From an uncultured bacterium (GTDB taxonomy: Bacteria; Chloroflexota; UBA5177; JANWHV01), in the NCBI GenBank assembly GCA_963729625.1, contig CAVSOU010000008.1, positions 352,001 to 416,000 of the forward strand: DNA of 64,000 nucleotides. The letters run 5' to 3'. Below are positions 60,852 to 64,000 of the stretch, piece by piece. Position numbers and translations under genes: made by a program. Numbering within the stretch: the stretch's first letter is position 1; each line of letters opens with the position of its first letter. The notes beneath the pieces were generated by a model. It worked only from the letters and a program-made list of their open reading frames with translations, made no database searches and was not told the DNA's origin.

Positions 60852-63800
60852 TGGCTCGGCTCGAGGATCTGCGGCCCGGCTCCGCCATCCGGGGTATCGT
60901 GCCCGACGCCTTGGTCACCGTGCTGAACGTTAACTGGTACGGCGACAACGTGGTCGAGCTGACCTACAAGGATGCACAGGGCAAACCGGGCATCGAGCTG
61001 CTGTACCGCGATCGCGAGGCCTCGCTCGAGGTCGCCGTCACCGGCCGCCCCTGGAGCTTCGACGCCGACGGCGGGTTGCTTCGCCTGGTGTCCGAGGCCT
61101 ACCGCATCCGTCTTGCCTATCTGTTCGACCCGGTACTGGCCGTCCACACCTCCCTGGTCGATCCGCTCCCGCACCAGATCACCGCCGTCTACCACGAGAT
61201 GCTCACACGGCAGCCGCTGCGCTTCCTCCTTGCCGACGACCCCGGCGCCGGCAAGACGATCATGGCCGGTCTGCTGATCAAAGAGCTGCTGATCCGGGGT
61301 GACCTGCGTCGCTGTCTGATCGTCTGCCCCGGCAACCTGGTGGAGCAGTGGCAGGATGAGCTATACCGCCGCTTCCACCTGCCCTTCGAGATCCTCACGA
61401 ACGACAAGCTGGAGTCGGCGCGCACCGGCAACTGGCTCGCCGAGACGTCGCTGGCCATCTGCCGCCTGGACAAGCTCAGTCGCGACGAGGATTTGCAGGA
61501 GAAGCTCGGCGTGACGGACTGGGATCTGGTGGTCTGCGACGAGGCGCATAAGCTCTCAGCCAGCTACTTCGGTGGCGAGGTCAAGTACACCAAGCGCTAC
61601 CTGCTCGGCCAGAAGCTCTCCGGACTGACCCGCAACTTCTTGCTGATGACGGCGACGCCGCACAACGGGAAGGAAGCCGACTTTCAGCTCTTCATGGCCT
61701 TGATCGACAGCGACCGCTTCGAGGGGAAGTATCGCGAGGGCGTGCACGAGACCGATGCCTCGGACCTGATGCGCCGTCTGGTGAAAGAGAAGCTGCTCAA
61801 GTTCGACGGCACGCCTCTCTTCCCCGAGCGCATGGCCTACACGGTGAACTACGCCCTGTCGCCGGCCGAAGCCGTGCTGTACAAGCAGGTCACGGACTAT
61901 GTGAAGGACGAGTTCAACCGGGCCGACGACCTGGACAAGAGTCGCAGGGGCACGGTCGGCTTCGCTCTTACCATTCTGCAGCGACGTTTGGCCTCCTCAC
62001 CGGAAGCGATCTACCAGTCGCTTTGCCGGCGGCGGGAGCGCCTGGAAAAGCGTCTGCGCGAGGAGCAACTGCTCAAGCGCGGCGCCGACGCGCGCATCGA
62101 CCTGACGCAGGATCTGCCGCTGCTGGACGACGACGACCTGGACGATCTCGACGATGCGCCGGAAACAGAAGTCGAGGCGGCCGAAGAACGTGTGGTCGAT
62201 CAGGCTTCGGCAGCGCGGACTATCCAGGAGCTGCAGGCGGAGATTGCTACGCTCAAGCGCCTGGAAGACCTGGCGCAGCAGCTCAGGGTCAGCCGCGCGG
62301 ACAAGAAATGGGACGAGCTGTCTCGCGTGATCCAGGATGAAGTCAATTCTCCATCGCCGCTACGTGGCGAGACCGCAAGCGCCTCGCAGGAGGGCAGCCA
62401 CCGCAAGCTGGTGATCTTCACCGAGCACCGTGACACCCTTACCTATCTGTGCCTTCGTATCCGCGCGCTGCTCGGACGGGCTGAAGCCGTGGCGACCATT
62501 CACGGCGGCATGAGCCGGGAGGAGCGGCGCCACGCGCAGGAGGCCTTCACCCAGGACAGGGAGGTGCAGATACTGGTGGCGACCGACGCGGCGGGCGAAG
62601 GCATCAACCTGCAGCGCGCCTATTTGATGGTCAACTACGACCTGCCCTGGAATCCCAACCGTCTGGAGCAGCGCTTCGGCCGCATCCACCGTATCGGGCA
62701 GACCGAAGTGTGCCACCTCTGGAACATCGTGGCCAAGGAGACCCAGGAAGGCCACGTCTACACCACGCTGCTCAAGAAGCTCGAGCAGGAACGCGATACG
62801 CTGGGCGGCCAGGTCTTCGACGTGCTGGGCAAAGTGACGTTCGACAACCGGCCGTTGCGCGAGCTGCTGGTCGAAGCTATCCGCTATGGCGATCGGCCGG
62901 ACGTGCAGGCGAGATTGACCCAAATCGTCGACACGGCGCTCGACCACGAGCAGCTCATCACGCTGCTCGACGAGCGGGCGCTGGCGGACGAGACTATGGA
63001 CGTGGGGCGGGTGCAGCAGATCCGGGAAGAGATGGAGCGCGCCGACGCCAGGCGCTTGCAGCCTCACTACATCGCCAGCTTCTTCCTGGAAGCCTTCCGA
63101 CAGCTGGGAGGCACCGTGCACGAGCGCGAGTCACACCGCTACGAGATCACGCACGTGCCGGCGATCATCCGCAATCGCGATCGGCAGATCGGCACAGGCC
63201 AGCCGGTGCTGCAACGATACGAGCGCATCACCTTTGAGAAGCCGTTGATCAGCCTGCACGGCAAGCCCGTGGCCTCGTTTGTCTGTCCGGGTCACCCGCT
63301 GCTCGACGCCACCATCGACATTCTCCGCGAGCGGCACCGCGACCTGCTCAAGCGCGGCGCGGTGCTCGTCAATCCGAGCGACGGCGGCGACGGCCTGCGC
63401 GTGCTTTTCTATCTGGAGCACGCGATCCAGGATGCGCGCATCGGACTTGATGGGAATCGCCGCGTCATCTCGCGCCGCCTGCAGTTCGTGGAGATCGACG
63501 GGCAAGGCAACGCTCGCGCGGCCGGCTATGCGCCTTACCTCGACTACCGGCCGCTGCACGACGACGAACGCGAGCTGCTGGCCGGCACGCTCGAGGCCCC
63601 GTGGCTGCGGGCCGACCTGGAGAAGCAGGCCATGAGCTACGCGATCCAGCAGCTGGTACCGCAACATTTCGAAGAAGTGAAGAAGCGCAAGGAAGCGCTG
63701 CTCGACCGCACGATTGCCGCCGTCAAAGAACGGCTCACCAAGGAAGTCAACTACTGGGATCTGCGTGCCCAGGAGCTGAAGCTGCTGGAGGAAGCCGGCC

Positions 63801-64000
63801 GCACGCCCAAGCTCAATTCGGCTCGTGCCCAGCAGCGTGCCGGCGATCTCGAGGCGCGCATGCAGAAGCGGCTGACCGAGCTGGAGCAGGAGCGGCATCT
63901 GTCCGCTGCGCCGCCGGTAGTGGTCGGCGGGGCCGCGATCGTGCCTGCCGGCCTGCTCGCGCTACTGCGCGGCGAGGCAGCCGATTCCACGTACGCGTAT
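60851..64000 (+). CDS. SNF2-family helicase (HmaA-type), runs off the window edge
   Basis: Not in the ORF track. ATG overlaps the TAA of the ATPase; PLPHQ, LADDPGAGKT, DEAH, TATPH, GEGINLQ, EQRFGRIHRIGQ. Confidence 0.93.
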   Translation, partial: MARLEDLRPGSAIRGIVPDALVTVLNVNWYGDNVVELTYKDAQGKPGIELLYRDREASLEVAVTGRPWSFDADGGLLRLVSEAYRIRLAYLFDPVLAVHTSLVDPLPHQITAVYHEMLTRQPLRFLLADDPGAGKTIMAGLLIKELLIRGDLRRCLIVCPGNLVEQWQDELYRRFHLPFEILTNDKLESARTGNWLAETSLAICRLDKLSRDEDLQEKLGVTDWDLVVCDEAHKLSASYFGGEVKYTKRYLLGQKLSGLTRNFLLMTATPHNGKEADFQLFMALIDSDRFEGKYREGVHETDASDLMRRLVKEKLLKFDGTPLFPERMAYTVNYALSPAEAVLYKQVTDYVKDEFNRADDLDKSRRGTVGFALTILQRRLASSPEAIYQSLCRRRERLEKRLREEQLLKRGADARIDLTQDLPLLDDDDLDDLDDAPETEVEAAEERVVDQASAARTIQELQAEIATLKRLEDLAQQLRVSRADKKWDELSRVIQDEVNSPSPLRGETASASQEGSHRKLVIFTEHRDTLTYLCLRIRALLGRAEAVATIHGGMSREERRHAQEAFTQDREVQILVATDAAGEGINLQRAYLMVNYDLPWNPNRLEQRFGRIHRIGQTEVCHLWNIVAKETQEGHVYTTLLKKLEQERDTLGGQVFDVLGKVTFDNRPLRELLVEAIRYGDRPDVQARLTQIVDTALDHEQLITLLDERALADETMDVGRVQQIREEMERADARRLQPHYIASFFLEAFRQLGGTVHERESHRYEITHVPAIIRNRDRQIGTGQPVLQRYERITFEKPLISLHGKPVASFVCPGHPLLDATIDILRERHRDLLKRGAVLVNPSDGGDGLRVLFYLEHAIQDARIGLDGNRRVISRRLQFVEIDGQGNARAAGYAPYLDYRPLHDDERELLAGTLEAPWLRADLEKQAMSYAIQQLVPQHFEEVKKRKEALLDRTIAAVKERLTKEVNYWDLRAQELKLLEEAGRTPKLNSARAQQRAGDLEARMQKRLTELEQERHLSAAPPVVVGGAAIVPAGLLALLRGEAADSTYAY

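Overview
High-GC bacterial chromosomal window; a Chloroflexota-like origin is an inference only. The core backbone carries a divergent chemosensory operon (cheW, two MCP-like genes, a multi-Hpt CheA-like gene), a Ser/Thr kinase, metG, a Get3/ArsA-like ATPase, an ECF sigma/anti-sigma pair, a Grx-TrxR fusion, scpB, tig-clpP-clpX, tRNA-Leu(TAG), a wecA-like gene and an mhq-like operon. Two accessory islands interrupt it. Island 1 (~7.4-19.1 kb) holds many toxin-antitoxin modules, remnants of an RM/helicase locus, and an intact trio: a DndB/DGQHR gene, a large GHKL(MORC-like) ATPase gene and a convergent amino-MTase. The dndB promoter is covered by AGCT sites phased every 22-23 bp. Island 2 (~45.6 kb to the window end) is an Hma-type locus (DUF1156 MTase, DUF499 ATPase, SNF2 helicase). 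Its MTase-to-ATPase interval holds three stacked cargo cassettes, each bracketed by a copy of the MTase 3' end and a copy of the ATPase 5' end. All family calls come from motif recognition by eye, not database searches.
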